Assembly: GCA_964016885.1 (NCBI GenBank)
Contig: OZ024745.1
Location: 87,172,001 to 87,236,000 of the forward strand
From: Eledone cirrhosa
Taxonomy: Eukaryota
Reading direction: 5' to 3'
Length of the DNA stretch: 64,000 bases
Positions 13,663-26,929 of the stretch are shown here, piece by piece. The notes under the pieces were generated by a model that saw only the letters and a list, made by a program, of their open reading frames with translations, searched no databases and was not told the DNA's origin. Numbering within the stretch: position 1 is the first letter of the stretch; each line of letters begins with the position of its first letter. The translations under genes and the position numbers were made by a program.

Positions 13663-15372
13663 AAATACGTAGTTTAGAAAGCCACAACAATGCAGAGGGA
13701 AATCTCGAGGTAGGAAGTGAATGATAGATAGGAGAAATAGGATAAAGTGAAAATTGAGAGAGACAAAGATGAAAACAAAACAAAGGTAGAAGGGTTACCG
13801 TAGTGGAGATTTAATCCCAATATTTCGGGCTTACGCCCATCAACGGAGGAAAGTTCCAAAGGGGGGAGGGAACAGGCTAAGCGGAGAAAGTTGTGATGTC
13901 GTTAAAACAGGAATGCCGTTATGGGGAGAAAAATTATTTAAAAATTTAAATGAGGCAAAGAATGCGCGTGGCAAAAGCTACTGACCAAATGGGTTAAATC
14001 AAGAGGGTGCGCTAGCGTGTGAAAGCCGTAAAATATGTGTGTGTAAATATATATGCGTGTGTAACTGTGTGTGTATATGTGTAAGTGTGTATATGTGTGA
14101 GTGTGTGTGTGTGTGAAAGATAGTGGGCTGTAGAAGCTGGAAATCAAAGGGTGTGAAAGGTGGTAGGTTGTAAAACATGTGTGCGTGTATAAATATAGAT
14201 GTGTGTGTGTAAGCGTATGGGTATACATGTGTGTGTAACTGTGTGTGTATATGTGTGAGTGTGTGTGTGTGTGAAAGATAGTGGGCTGTAGAAGCTGGAA
14301 ATCAAAGGGTGTGAAAGGTGGTAGGTTGTAAAAACATGTGTGCGTGGGCATAGGTGCGTAGGCAATCTGCCCCCCGTATCGGGCAGTTGCTGAGGGAACA
14401 CGTCCCATCTGACTCGTCGGGTTTGTTGGAGAGGCATCTTCGCAGCGAAGATCCTGTGTGGGCTAAATGTATGTCAAGTCCCTCAGTCCGTATTGCCCTG
14501 CGGATGGCGTTCGTGGTAAATTCACTCAGGTGGGGGATTTTAAAGAAGCACCTGCTTTTATTTAAGTTTCTAGTGGGTGTCTGTCTATTGGGTCTGGGGT
14601 CTCTAATTCCGTTAATCAGTCGACGCACGTATATGCATACCCATACGCATACACACACACATCTATATTTATACACGCACACATGTTTTTACAACCTACC
14701 ACCTTTCACACCCTTTGATTTCCAGCTTCTACAGCCCACTATCTTTCACACACACACGCACTCACACATATACACACACAGTTACACACACATGTATACC
14801 CCTACGCTTACACACACACATCTATATTTATACACGCACACATGTTTTACAACCTACCACCTTTCACACCCTTTGATTTCCAGCTTCTACAGCCCACTAT
14901 CTTTCACACACACACACACTCACACATATACACACTTACACATATACACACACAGTTACACACACATATATATTTACACACACATATTTTACGGCTTTCA
15001 CACGCTAGCGCACCCTCTTGATTTAACCCATTTGGTCAGTAGCTTTTGCCACAGCCTATCACGCGCACGCGCATTCTTTCCCTCATTTAAATTTTTAAAT
15101 AATTTTTCTCCCCATAACGGCATTCCTGTTTTAACGACATCACAACTTTCTCCGCTTAGCCTGTTCCCCCCCTTTTGGAACTTTCCCCCATTGATGGGCG
15201 TGAGCCCGAAATATTGGGATTAAATCTCCACTACGGTAACCCTTCTACCTTTGTTTTGTTTTCATCTTTGTCTCTCTCAATTTTCACTTTATCCTATTTC
15301 TCCTATCTATCATTCACTTCCTACCTCGAGATTTCCCTCTGCATTGTTGTGGCTTTCTAAACTACGTATTTT
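13662..15372. mobile_element. Fold-back PLE remnant: inverted ~700 bp pLTR arms around a short ORF fragment, with a degenerate HHR in each arm
   Basis: 13662-14345 is the reverse complement of ~14670-15372. The centre (minus) reads FFKIPHLSEFTTNAIRRAIR...SLRRCLS...CSLSNCPI, resembling a PLE thumb/linker. The arm motif is tcc(t/c) CC(G/A)TTGA t gggc-gt(a/g)a-gccc GAAA ta TT ggga. Confidence 0.7.
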
Positions 15373-15408
15373 ACACATTTCACAATGCTTCAAGCAAACT
15401 TGAACACC

Positions 15409-15456
<48 letters not shown>

Positions 15457-15547
15457 CATACATACACATATATATATATATATACACACATACACACACA
15501 TATCTACGTATATATATATATATATACACATACATACACACATACAT

Positions 15548-15582
<35 letters not shown>

Positions 15583-15779
15583 CATACATATACACACATA
15601 CACACATATATATATATACATACATATATATATATATGTATGTATATATATATATATAATGTATATATGTATATATATGTATTTATATATGTATATATAT
15701 ATGTGTATATATATGTGTGTATATGTATGTATATATATATATGTATGTGTATATATATATATTTATATATATATAAATG

Positions 15780-15823
<44 letters not shown>

Positions 15824-15924
15824 CATTTATATATATATAAATATATATATATACACATACATATATATATATACATACATATACACACATATATATACAC
15901 ATATATATATACATATATAAATAC

Positions 15925-15956
<32 letters not shown>

Positions 15957-16159
15957 GCCTACATATATATACATATATATACATATATATACATATATAT
16001 ACACATATACACACAGATGTACATACATATATGTTCACAAATATGCACCTGTACCTGTACATACACATATATAAACATATATATACATATACACACACAT
16101 ATACACACACATATACACACATATACACATACACACATATATATTTATATATATAGTAA

Positions 16160-16348
16160 TAATTGTTTCTACTTTAGGCACAAGGCCAGCAATTACCCAG
16201 TACATTACTGGTACTTTATTTTATCGACCCCGTAAGGATGAAAGGCAAAGTCAACCTCAGCGGGATTTGAACTCAGATCGTAAAGGGACGTAACTATGCT
16301 GGAAAGCATGGCGTCCGACCCTCTACCGATACTGCCAATCGAACGCCC
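16160..16348 (-). mobile_element. Full-length SINE family A
   Basis: Reverse complement of the 2908 family, including the tRNA-like head. Confidence 0.9.
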
Positions 16349-16364
16349 TTATATATATATAGTA

Positions 16365-16797
16365 ATAATAATAATAAATTTGAAGACTAAAATCCAAATT
16401 CAGTTATACCGTTTACGTGGTTTTGTCTTCGTATTATCTTCGTTTTTACCGTTCATTGCCAGAGAACGTCCTAATAGAACCACCTAATAGAATATTAGTC
16501 TACGACTTCTTTTATACCATAAACGTGGTTCTTTTATACCATAAGAGTGGTTTTGTCTTTGCGTGTAATTGTTTTTCACCGGTCCAAATAATGACGTATT
16601 ATATTCGTTTTTTCCCGTTCTTTGACAGGGAACGTCCCCCCGAACCAAAGTAACGTCTTCTTGTCTTCCCCCGGTTGCAACATTTTTTGAAATATTCACT
16701 TCTGCGTTCATAGATTGACTTTGTTAGTTTCAGAAGACCCCGTTAAGGGTGAAAGCAGCAATTCTTTGCTTAAACTTGAATCTGTTATTTTAATAAA
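16365..16797 (+). mobile_element. Longest copy of the non-coding repeat carrying the CAGAAGA hammerhead (solo pLTR or retrozyme-like)
   Basis: Shares sequence with 4170-4315, 12980-13170 and 27750-28050 (minus). It ends at (TA)n just downstream of the HHR. Confidence 0.7.
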
Positions 16798-16844
16798 TAT
16801 ATATATATATATATATATACATACATATACTCATATACATACAT

Positions 16845-16877
<33 letters not shown>

Positions 16878-16894
16878 CACTTACACGTACACAT

Positions 16895-17009
<115 letters not shown>

Positions 17010-17020
17010 TAAATATATAC

Positions 17021-17051
<31 letters not shown>

Positions 17052-17080
17052 AATACATATACACACACATATATATATAT

Positions 17081-17160
<80 letters not shown>

Positions 17161-17312
17161 AATATATATTTATTCAGGTTTGAGGTTCACCACTGTATAG
17201 AGCTGGTCTATTCCGTATGGTCAATCGTAATGCAATAATATAGAGAGTACTCAACGTAAAGCAGTTCAACCGTCTTTGTTTTTGTAGTTGGTGGTGCTAT
17301 TACGGAGTTAAA

Positions 17313-17645
17313 TATTATAATGAAATGACAGGAGGCTGGATTTGTGTAAATCCTTGAAAGGTTTATTATACTATGATCATTTCAATGACCGGGTTCCGTA
17401 TGAATCCGGTGATATCATCAGGTATTCGAAATAGGCGACCGGCTGAGGTTGAAGGAACAGAATAGCGGTCGCCCTCGGGTCTCGATTTTCAGCCCCATGG
17501 ATTTTACCTATTACATTCACGTATTATATTTCGAATACCTGATGATATCACCGGATTCATACGGAACCCGGTCATTGAAATGATCATAGTATAATAAACC
17601 TTTCAAGGATTTACACAAATCCAGCCTCCTGTCATTTCATTATAT
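17313..17645. mobile_element. Small fold-back element with two opposed hammerheads
   Basis: ~17315-17432 is the reverse complement of ~17528-17645, with an HHR in each arm. Confidence 0.8.
17534..17593 (+). ncRNA. Type I hammerhead ribozyme (mirror copy at 17368-17426, minus)
   Basis: atac CTGATGA tatc-accgg...ccggt-catt GAAA tgatca TA gtat. Helix III is the palindrome ATGATCAT. Confidence 0.75.
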
Positions 17646-17736
17646 ATAATATATATATAGATACATATACATATATATAATATATATATAGATACATATA
17701 CATATATATATATACAAATATATATATATATATATA

Positions 17737-20700
17737 GAAAAATAGATGAAAACGAAAATGCAGCTGGAGTCTTATTTAAAAAAATATATATATATTTATT
17801 TGGTTCCTTTACCGGTTTCGCAGTTCTTCTGCTTTTCAAAAGTAGAGTTGAGAATGAGGGCCTGTGGTTTTTCTCACATCTGGTTGGTCTCTGAATGTTA
17901 CTTGTTTAATATGGAAAAAAGTGGCTCGAAATGATTGGTTAGTCAATAATTATAATAAATTTCGCGCCTGTTCGCGTTACAAAGTTCTTCAAACAAGGGG
18001 AGGTGGAGGGCGCAGGTTGTTTTTTCATATATGAGTGTTTGAATTTCTTTTTACTTAAAAAAAAAAAACGTGAACAAGTTTTCATTAAATTTTCGCGCCC
18101 TTATTTGGAAATCTATTCGGTAGCCTTTTTAGAGAATTTTATGACAAGCAAAATATAATGGTCAATAGAAATTGGATGGGAGAATTGTTCTGGTTCAGTG
18201 AATATGGTTAGTTCGCTGGGGTGTCAGAATTCAGATTTTCTATTGAATAAAGAAAGTAAAGATGTGTATGTTGATTTGTGTGCTTGTGTGTGTGTGTCTG
18301 TGTATTGGAAGATGATTCTATTAGTAGAAATGGGGGAGGGAATTGTGTGTGTGTGTATATGGGTGTTATGTGTGTGTGTGTGTGTGTGGGAGTATGTTAA
18401 GATGGAGGAAATATATATATTTTGTGTGTGTGTATATATGTGTGTAGGAAAGTGATTCTATTAGTAGAAATGGAGGAGGGATTTGTGTGTGTGGGGGTGG
18501 GGATTGTTGTGTGTGTGTATAGGTGTTATGTGTGTGGGAGTATGGTTAGCATGTTAAGATGAAGAGAATATATATATATATTGTGTGTGTGTCTGTGTGT
18601 GTGTAAGAAAATGATTCCTTTAGTAGGAATATTTTTTGAATGAACAAATTTTCCTTACTTATTCGTATTTGTTCTGTTGTATTGTCAGCGCAAACGTATT
18701 ATGGAGGCTGAAAAATATAAAAATTCTATGTTCTCTCTCTTACAAAATACTAATTACTATGAAAGAGTAAAAAACTAGCAGCAAGAAAAGCAATGACCAG
18801 ATTAAACACACTGATTTATCGATACCAGGAAGACCTAACTAAAAAGGAACGCGATTATTTAACACATTTTGAATACAAAACCAACAATCTTTATAGACCA
18901 CCGAAGATCCACAAGTGTAAAATAATTAACGATGCCTGTAAACAATCCACCTCCGCATGCGTGAACACACAATACCGCACTGACCTTAAATTAAGAACAA
19001 TTGTAGCGGGCCCACAATGTGAAACACACAGACTGAGCAACTTTATAGACATACTACTAAAACCAATTCTCAAACACATGCCAAGCCTTGTAAGAGACGA
19101 TCTGGACCTCTTAAACCGCCTCCCCAAACATGTCAACAACGACACTATTATTGTGTATTTCGATGGCAGTACATACAAGCAAATATCGGGGACTGCGATA
19201 GGTACAAAAGCCGCTCCAACTTATGCCAACCTAGTCATGGCATACTTAGAAGTCCAGATATATGAACAGTCAAAATCAAAATACGGATTGAACTTCCACA
19301 AATATTTATCAGAGAATTGGAAACACTACTTGGACAATTGTCTCATTCTTTGGTCCCACACACTCGACCAACTGAATCATTTCAAAAGCTTAATAAACGG
19401 CATCAATAACCACATCCAATTCACAATGGAATACAGCCAAGATTAACTCCCATTTCTGGACATCTTAATCTTAAAAAGAGACACAATTATTGAAACTGAC
19501 ATACACTACAAACCAACAGATTCCAAACAATACCTGCTATTCACCTCCAACCATCCAAAGCACACGAAGACGAACATTCCTTTTAACCTAGCAAGAAGAA
19601 TTTGCACAATTGTCTCCAATTATGAAACGCGAAATAAAAGACTTCAAGAATTAAAGGAAATTCTACTCGAAAGACAGTACCCACCATTACTAATAAATAA
19701 TGGAATAGAAAGGGCGAAAGCAATAGGCATTGATGAATTACGAAAACAGAAACAAGTTCAAGGTACGTCCAATATTCTATCATATATCTCAACACACAAC
19801 CCAAGAAATGCGGAAGCTTACAACAGTATTCACAAGAACATCCCACTACTAAATCAAAAGCCAAGAATGAAAAAAGCCCTTGAAACACAAAAAATAATAA
19901 AAAAGCAAAAGACAACCGAAATCACTGAAAACATAACTCACCAATGCCAAATTACCTACCACAAACCCACAACCAACTGTCAAAAAATGTGGTCGCTCTA
20001 ATTGTGTAACCTGCACTCACCTCATTGAAGGCAACACGTATACTTTTAAATCAGGACAAAATTTTACTGTTTAAAATCACTTCATTTGCTCATCAAAAAA
20101 TCTACTTTATGCCATTAAATGTAAAGGATGCAATGAAGATTATATAGGACAAACTAAACTCACACTCAGAAACAGAATGACAGTTCATCGCCAACAATTA
20201 CGAGATCCAACCACGAGACAGATACCACTAAGCGCATATCTAGACATATGCGCAAGTAATAAGTCGCCCAAATTCCAAGTCTTCCTATTTTACATTGCGC
20301 TAACAATACAACAGAACAAATACAAATAAATAAGGAAAATATAGACCAGCATTAAATATGGTTTAATATACATTATGTCAACACCATAACATGCTAACCA
20401 TCCAAACAGACACATACAAACATAACACCTGCTACTTTAGAAAATAAAATCCCGAACTAAATAAACCTTAACATACGTTTGCGCTGACAATACAACAGAA
20501 CAAATACAAATAAGTAAGGAAAATATGTTCATTCAAAAATATTCCTACTAAAGGAATCATTTTCCTACACACACACACACACAATATATATATATTCTCT
20601 TCATCTTAACATGCTAACCATACTCCCACACACATAACACCCATACACACACACAACTCCCTCCCCCATTTCTACTAATAGAATCACTTTCCTACACACA

Positions 20701-21482
20701 TATATACACACACCCAAAATATATATATTCTTTCCATCTTAACATACTCCCCCCCCCCACACACACATAACACCCATATACACACACAATTCTCTCCCCC
20801 ATTTCTACTAATATAATCATCTTCCAATACACACACACACACACAAGCACACAAATAAACATACACATCTTTACTTTCTTTACTTCAATAAAAATCTGAA
20901 TTCTGACACCCCAGCGAACTAACCATATTCAGTGAACCAGAACAATTCTCCCATCCAACTTCTCTTGACCATTATCTTTTGCTTGACATAAAATTCTCTA
21001 AAAAGGCTACAGAATAGATTTCCAAATAAGGGCGCGAAAATTTAATGAAAACTTGTTTACGTGGACAGCCATAATTTCATTTATAACCAATCAAATTACG
21101 TTTATTAAAAAAAGCCTTCGTGTGCCCCTTTTTTTTATGTAAAAAGAAATTCAAACACTCATATATGAAAAAACAACCTGACCTGTGCGCCCCCCCCCCC
21201 TTGTTTGAAGAACTTTGTAACGCGAACTGGCGCGATATTTATTATAATTATTGACCAACCAATCAAATTACTTTTCTAAAAACCTGGCATTTCAAGCCAC
21301 TTTTTTCCATATAAAACAAGTAACATTCAGAGACCAGCCAGATGTGAGAAAAACCACAGACCCTCCATCTCACTCTACTTTTGAAAAGCAGAAGAACTAC
21401 GAAACCGGTAAAGGAACCAAATAAATATATTTTTTTAAAAATAAGACTCCAGTTGCATTTTCGATTTCATCTTTTTTTCTTT
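17737..21482 (+). mobile_element. Decayed Neptune-like PLE with inverted pLTR
   Basis: 18793-20330 encodes PKIHK, LRTIVAG, GTAIGT, YLDN (decayed YLDD), linker CGRSNCVTC and a GIY-YIG domain (LYAIKCKGCNEDYIGQT). ~17740-18700 is the reverse complement of ~20470-21480. Confidence 0.9.
17807..17842 (-). ncRNA. Minimal hammerhead with UUGAAAA (C3U/G8A) core; second copy at 21378-21413 (+)
   Basis: Minus strand: ctt TTGAAAA gcag-aagaa-ctgc GAAA ccgg TA aag. Helix III is the palindrome ACCGGT. It lies near the pLTR 3' end, where PLE HHRs are expected. Confidence 0.7.
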
Positions 21483-21538
21483 ATACTTTCACTCGTGTAG
21501 GATACCTCGGTTATTTTTCATTTTCTAAAAAAACTCAC

Positions 21539-21583
<45 letters not shown>

Positions 21584-21603
21584 TATATATATATGCACAT
21601 ACC

Positions 21604-21657
<54 letters not shown>

Positions 21658-21829
21658 TATATATATACACAAAACATACACATACATGCCCATACACAGG
21701 TACATATGAACGCACGTACACACAACGATATGTATACAAACGAACGGCCACTCATACAAATACATACAAACATGTACTCATAAATATACGCATATACACA
21801 GGCACACAAAAACAGCTCTACAAGCAGAA

Positions 21830-23760
21830 AATGCAGATAGGTAAGAGGTACTTACATAACCATAGTTCCGTGTTTCAGGTTGAGAAGGGGTAGGGGTGGG
21901 GTGGGAAGGAGGTAGAGGGGCTATTTTGTCGGCTGGCGTTTAAAAAAAATAAGTAGGGGAAGGCGCTTTTAGACATCGGGCATTAACACTGGTTTAAGGT
22001 ATTTGAAAGTTGCAAAGTTTTTGTGCATGCAGTTCGGGCAGTGTTCAGAGAGTTTGTTCAGTAGCGGGCCCTTGGCGAATAAAATTTCGTAACTCTCTGA
22101 GATACAAAGTTCGCAGCACTTGTGTCCTCCTTTGTATAAGCGCGCTTTCTGGAGTATTTTCCATTTAAGCGTGAAGGGGTGGACTTCATTTTGAGGTCCC
22201 AAACATAGGAGGCGAGTGTTGTCTGATTTGATTTGTCCGGTCTTCTGAAGGAGTGGGTATGGGCACACCACCGGTTCTCAAAGTTATTGGAAGTCATGCC
22301 GATGTAAGCCTTTTTGTTGTTGCAATCATCGGTGCCTGAGATGACATCGCATTTGTATACGATATCATTTGTCAGGCATTTGTTTTCAAGTGGGCAGGCT
22401 TCCTTATTTAGGCAGTTACACAAGGCCTCAGTCCGGGGATTGGGTTCGGAGGTGTTGGCTGATTTAATTTTTTAGAATTGTGATTGGCTATATTCCTAGC
22501 TAGGTTAGGTGTAGTGGAGTAGGAGAGTCTTATTGTGTTCTTATTAAAGATGGTCTAGTACCTATGTTGTATGGGGAAGTGTGTGTTCAGCAAAGTGAAG
22601 AAAATCCTAGCTATAGGTGTAGAGACCTCTCTATTGAAGGGAGGGTTGTACCAGCTAATCTGCCTATGCCTATTCCTCCTATGCAGTCTTGCAGTGGTTT
22701 CTAGGTAGGTTATCCTTTCTTTAAATCCGCTGCGGGCGAGGGCGTCATTGTAGTAGGAGGCAGAGGCGTTAAATATATCTTCATTGGCAGAGAGGCCAGA
22801 GATTCTAATAGAGACGCCTTTTACTAAGTTATCAGTGATGTTTTTGGGGTGGTTAGAATTAACATTAATATATCTAAGGGACTCATTAGGTTTGTGGTAC
22901 GGGTAATAGAAGGATGTATCTAGGTGAGAGTGACATCTAAAAAGTTGACCCTAGTCATATTAGATTATAGTTATACTAAATCCTAGATTACGGAAGAACG
23001 AGCTTAACTTTCTCCGAAACCCATCGGTGGTCCTGGGGTTAGCCTTGTGCAGGGCGAAGAGGCCGTCGTCTCGGTATAAACCTCCGGTTAGGCCAGTAAA
23101 GAGGTTTTTCAGGTGATGTAAAATGTACAGGCCCACAAGGTCGCTAATTTCAGCCAAGTCACTCGCTCCCATGCTGACGTCAAAAGGGGTCTGAGACTTC
23201 TTGTTGATCCGGTAAGATCCATCGTGGTATAGGAAGGTCTTACGGGCAGGGAGAATAACATCTTGCTCAGCATCGGTTATGGTGGTAAAATTCCTGCCAA
23301 AAGTAATTTCGTCCTTCAGGAGGGGCTCCGAGATAGAAGCATAGTAGTTTTCTATGTCGAGTTGCAGGAAGCGAGTGTTGCGTTTGTCATATAATTCTTG
23401 GAACCAAGATATTGCCTCAGATGTACTGCTCCAGAGTGGGAGTGGTGAGGCAACACGCAATGGTGGTAGAACACTATCAAAGATCTTCTTACTGATAGAG
23501 CCGATGTCCGTAAGAGTGGGGTCGATAAGTCTGACTGATGGTTTGTTGAGGAAGTTTCCCTTCTGGTCCATCAGGGTAAAGTGCGGGCTCTTTACCCATA
23601 AAGGTTCGGTTCGGTCATATAATTTAAGGGACTTGGCGATTTCTTTTCGGGCCGCGTTTGTCACAGTCAATGCCATCTCTATTACCTTTTTGAAGGTGGT
23701 CGTGATGGAAATTTTGTCTGTGGGTCTACCTCATAAACATTTTTGGTTTTATCGGAGGAG
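21830..23760 (-). mobile_element. Naiad-like PLE with RT and GIY-YIG, frameshifted
   Basis: ORF 22960-23676 has FLQLDIENYY, MGASDLAEISDLVG and GLYRDDG. Downstream are WYNPPF, CNCLNKEACPLENKC (CxC-x5-C-x5-C) and VYKCDV...YIGMT. Confidence 0.92.
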
Positions 23761-23952
23761 ACATGAAGATTAGGGGATTTTTTAATAGAATTATTTCTGC
23801 CTTTGTCACTCTAAATATAAATTATAGCCTTAAAGAATTAGCTTTTAATGAATTCCTTTTTCTTTCAATCAATGACCTCCACCCATCCCACTCCCCACCC
23901 TCACCTACCACCTGAAAAGATATAAATAAAACAACATTTGTTTTGGACAGCC

Positions 23953-24003
23953 AGATTCCTGATGATTTCTAAAGAATGAAACAGTTCTAGTCCTGCAGAA
24001 TCT
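23953..24003 (+). ncRNA. Hammerhead motif with a point-mutated cleavage site; related copy at ~62271-62321
   Basis: agattc CTGATGA t-ttc-taaa-gaa-t GAAA cag-(8 nt)-ctg CA gaatct. The 62 kb copy has TT at the cleavage site but TAAA in place of GAAA. Confidence 0.7.
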
Positions 24004-24015
24004 CATCTATATTAA

Positions 24016-24075
<60 letters not shown>

Positions 24076-24339
24076 TATATATATATTTATATAAATATAT
24101 ATTTATATTTATAAATATATAAATATATATATATATACTTATATAAATATATATATATATATTTATATATATATATAAATATATGTATGTATATATATTT
24201 ATATATATATATAAATATAGTTAGAGAAGCAAAAAATTGCTTATTGTGATCCACTTTTTGGTTAAGAAAGCCAGTTTCATGGATGGTTTCAATGTACGGT
24301 TAGGGGTAACTCCACAAGTTTGTAAGAATTCCGTTCAAT

Positions 24340-24860
24340 CTTGGAGTATAAAGTATAAAAGAGAAAACACAGGTAAGCATTCAGAGAAGGATTTTATCCA
24401 GGTATTTACGACCGTTTCATTGGTAAGTGCAACCTTATATTGCTATACTGCAAAAAGCAGCCACTCAATTATAATCATGTCGTGATATCTGCTATCAAAA
24501 CTGACCAAAGAATCCTTCCACCTCTACCCCTCCCTCCATCTCAGTTTGGCATTCTACTTCCTACCTCTTCCCCCTTCCTCTGTCTCTATACTATGCCGTC
24601 TGTCCCCTCACCTCCTGATTCTTCTCTCTCTATACTAGTAAATACAATTCCAAATAAATTTTTTTTCTCTATATATTAAGAATTATTTCAAGAGTAACTT
24701 ACTATTTTGAAAATTTGGACTGTGAACAACAATTATAATTGAGTGGCTGCTATTTTCAGTATAGCAATATAAGGTTGCACTTACCAATGAAACGGTCGTA
24801 AATACCTGGATAAAATCCTTCTCTTAATGCTTACCTGTGTTTTCTCTTTTATACTATATA
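24340..24860 (+). mobile_element. Solo pLTR with partial inverted duplication, same family as the 63.7-64.0 kb pLTR
   Basis: 24480-24792 matches 63690-64000. ~24345-24475 is the reverse complement of ~24730-24858. Confidence 0.85.
24703..24804 (+). ncRNA. Hammerhead with UUGAAAA core and a ~75 nt rod-like helix II
   Basis: tatt TTGAAAA t-ttgg...gtg..caac..ttat...ataa..gttg-cac..ccaa-t GAAA cggtcg TA aata. The same core is at ~63915, where the copy is cut by the window end. Confidence 0.55.
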
Positions 24861-24989
24861 TAAATATATATATATATATATATTTATATATAGATATATA
24901 GATGGAAAAAATGAAACGAAATTTCATTTCTCACTCTTGTATGTATGTACGTATACATACTTATATATATATATATAGATATATATATA

Positions 24990-25058
<69 letters not shown>

Positions 25059-25141
25059 TTATATATATTTTAATATATTTATATATATATATATTTATAT
25101 ATAAATATAAATATATTTATATATATATATAAATATATATA

Positions 25142-26164
25142 TAGCGTTAAGCTATCTCTGTTATTGTATTAAATATGTTACTCTGATTTGGCCAGAGGTA
25201 TTTATTTCCAGGTACCTTATAAAAGTGACTTTCCGTATTTGTTACTGTTGTGAGATATGGAGGTTTTTTGGTTGTCACTTCTCTGTTTTTAGCCTAAGAA
25301 AATATATATATGCGTGTGTAAATAATTACATACATACATTTATTTTTTTAAATTAATTGAGTTCTTAACACGTGGAATTGATAATAGTTTTAAATAACTA
25401 ATTAAGCCGCGTGTGTTACATATTTTACTCTTAATTTGGCCAGAGATTTACATTCCCAATTGCCTTTAAAGCGTAACCTTCCGTATTTGCTGCGGTGATG
25501 TGATGCGGTTCTTTATTCTGGTATCACTTCTGTTTTTAGCCTAAGAAAATATCTATATGCGTGTGTAATTAATACACGCATACATTTATTTTTTTAATTT
25601 CAATTGAGTTCTTAACAAGTTGGATTGATAATGTTTTTGAAAAAACTAATTAACCCGAGTGTATATTATTTTGTTCTCTTCTCGTGTATCGTGGTTGTCT
25701 CCCTTTCTCGCTTCGTGGCGCTATTAAATTTCCTCAGTCAAAAGACTGCTGGTATTTCAAATTTGGCGGTCATTCGATGCGTGGGGGAGCAGCTTAGCAG
25801 GCCCGATTTTTAACTGCGGTAAGATTTTTTTCTCATATCAAAGTTCAATGGACTTCCACTGAAGATTTATAAGTGCCCACCTAAATATATTCTTACATGA
25901 ATATATGTTAGGCTTCTACATAAACTGGAAACATTCTCCCAACTTGCAGAAAACTTATAATGAAACAATTGTTTGGAAAGAGAGATGTATTTTAACTTTA
26001 ATTATATCTCATAAAATAATACAACTGGCTTTCCACAAAATACATATAGTTAGCACCCCAAACACTTAAATTGGGTTATACTAACATATAACCTAATGTT
26101 TGTTGAGTGAGATGGTTGCCAGTCGGAGTTTAGCGTTAAGCTATCTCTGTTATTGTATTAAATA
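25142..26164 (+). mobile_element. ~1 kb non-coding element with ~33 bp direct terminal repeats, an internal ~245 bp duplication and one HHR
   Basis: tagcgttaagctatctctgttattgtattaaata occurs at 25142 and 26131. 25178-25425 resembles 25426-25670. The 3' part recurs at ~42283-42455. Confidence 0.65.
25854..25978 (+). ncRNA. Hammerhead with a large branched insert in helix II
   Basis: ttcca CTGAAGA t ttataagt [~78 nt including hairpin cctaa-atatattc/gaatatat-g-ttagg] acttataa t GAAA caattg TT tggaa. Helix III is the palindrome ACAATTGT. Confidence 0.75.
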
Positions 26165-26408
26165 TATATATATATTTATATATAAATATATATATATATA
26201 TATTTGTAAATATATATATATTTATATTTGTAAATATATATATATTTATATATATATAAATATATATATATATAAATATACAAAAATATATATAAATATA
26301 TAAATATATATATAAATATATATATATATATATTTCTATATATATATAAGTATGTATACGTACATACATACAAGAGTGAGAAATGAAATTTCGTTTCATT
26401 TTTCCATC

Positions 26409-26494
<86 letters not shown>

Positions 26495-26521
26495 TTATAT
26501 ATATATAAATATATATATATA

Positions 26522-26910
26522 TATAAGTATGTATGTATGTATACGTACATACATATATGTATACAGACGTACAGTAGTATGTATATATATATACATGCAC
26601 ACATATATATATGCACGTATCGGTTTACCGAACATTTATTATAATGCTCGGTTTGTTTGTTTGTAAACAGACAAACAGCCCGAATTACGCCGTACAGTGT
26701 TTAGGCAACCACGTCACCTTTTTGTTAAATACTGACACAAGAACGATGTACTAGAATCAAGCTTATTAGCTATCGTCAGCATCGTATACCTTCCGGCCAG
26801 TTGGTTGAACGTCTGAAGATATATACACTCCTTATGCATATTAACGGCTGAGCAGCCTAATTTGCATATCGAGTGAGTTCAGTTGGCTGGGCGCACCGAA
26901 ACGATAAATC
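26522..26910 (-). mobile_element. Copy of the ~442 bp retrozyme-like family (HHR GAAA mutated to GATT)
   Basis: Homologous to 43014-43740 and 59720-60178. Terminal pieces also occur at ~24900-24965 and ~26345-26410. Confidence 0.8.
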
Positions 26911-26929
26911 CATCAGTTCCAGCAGCCGA

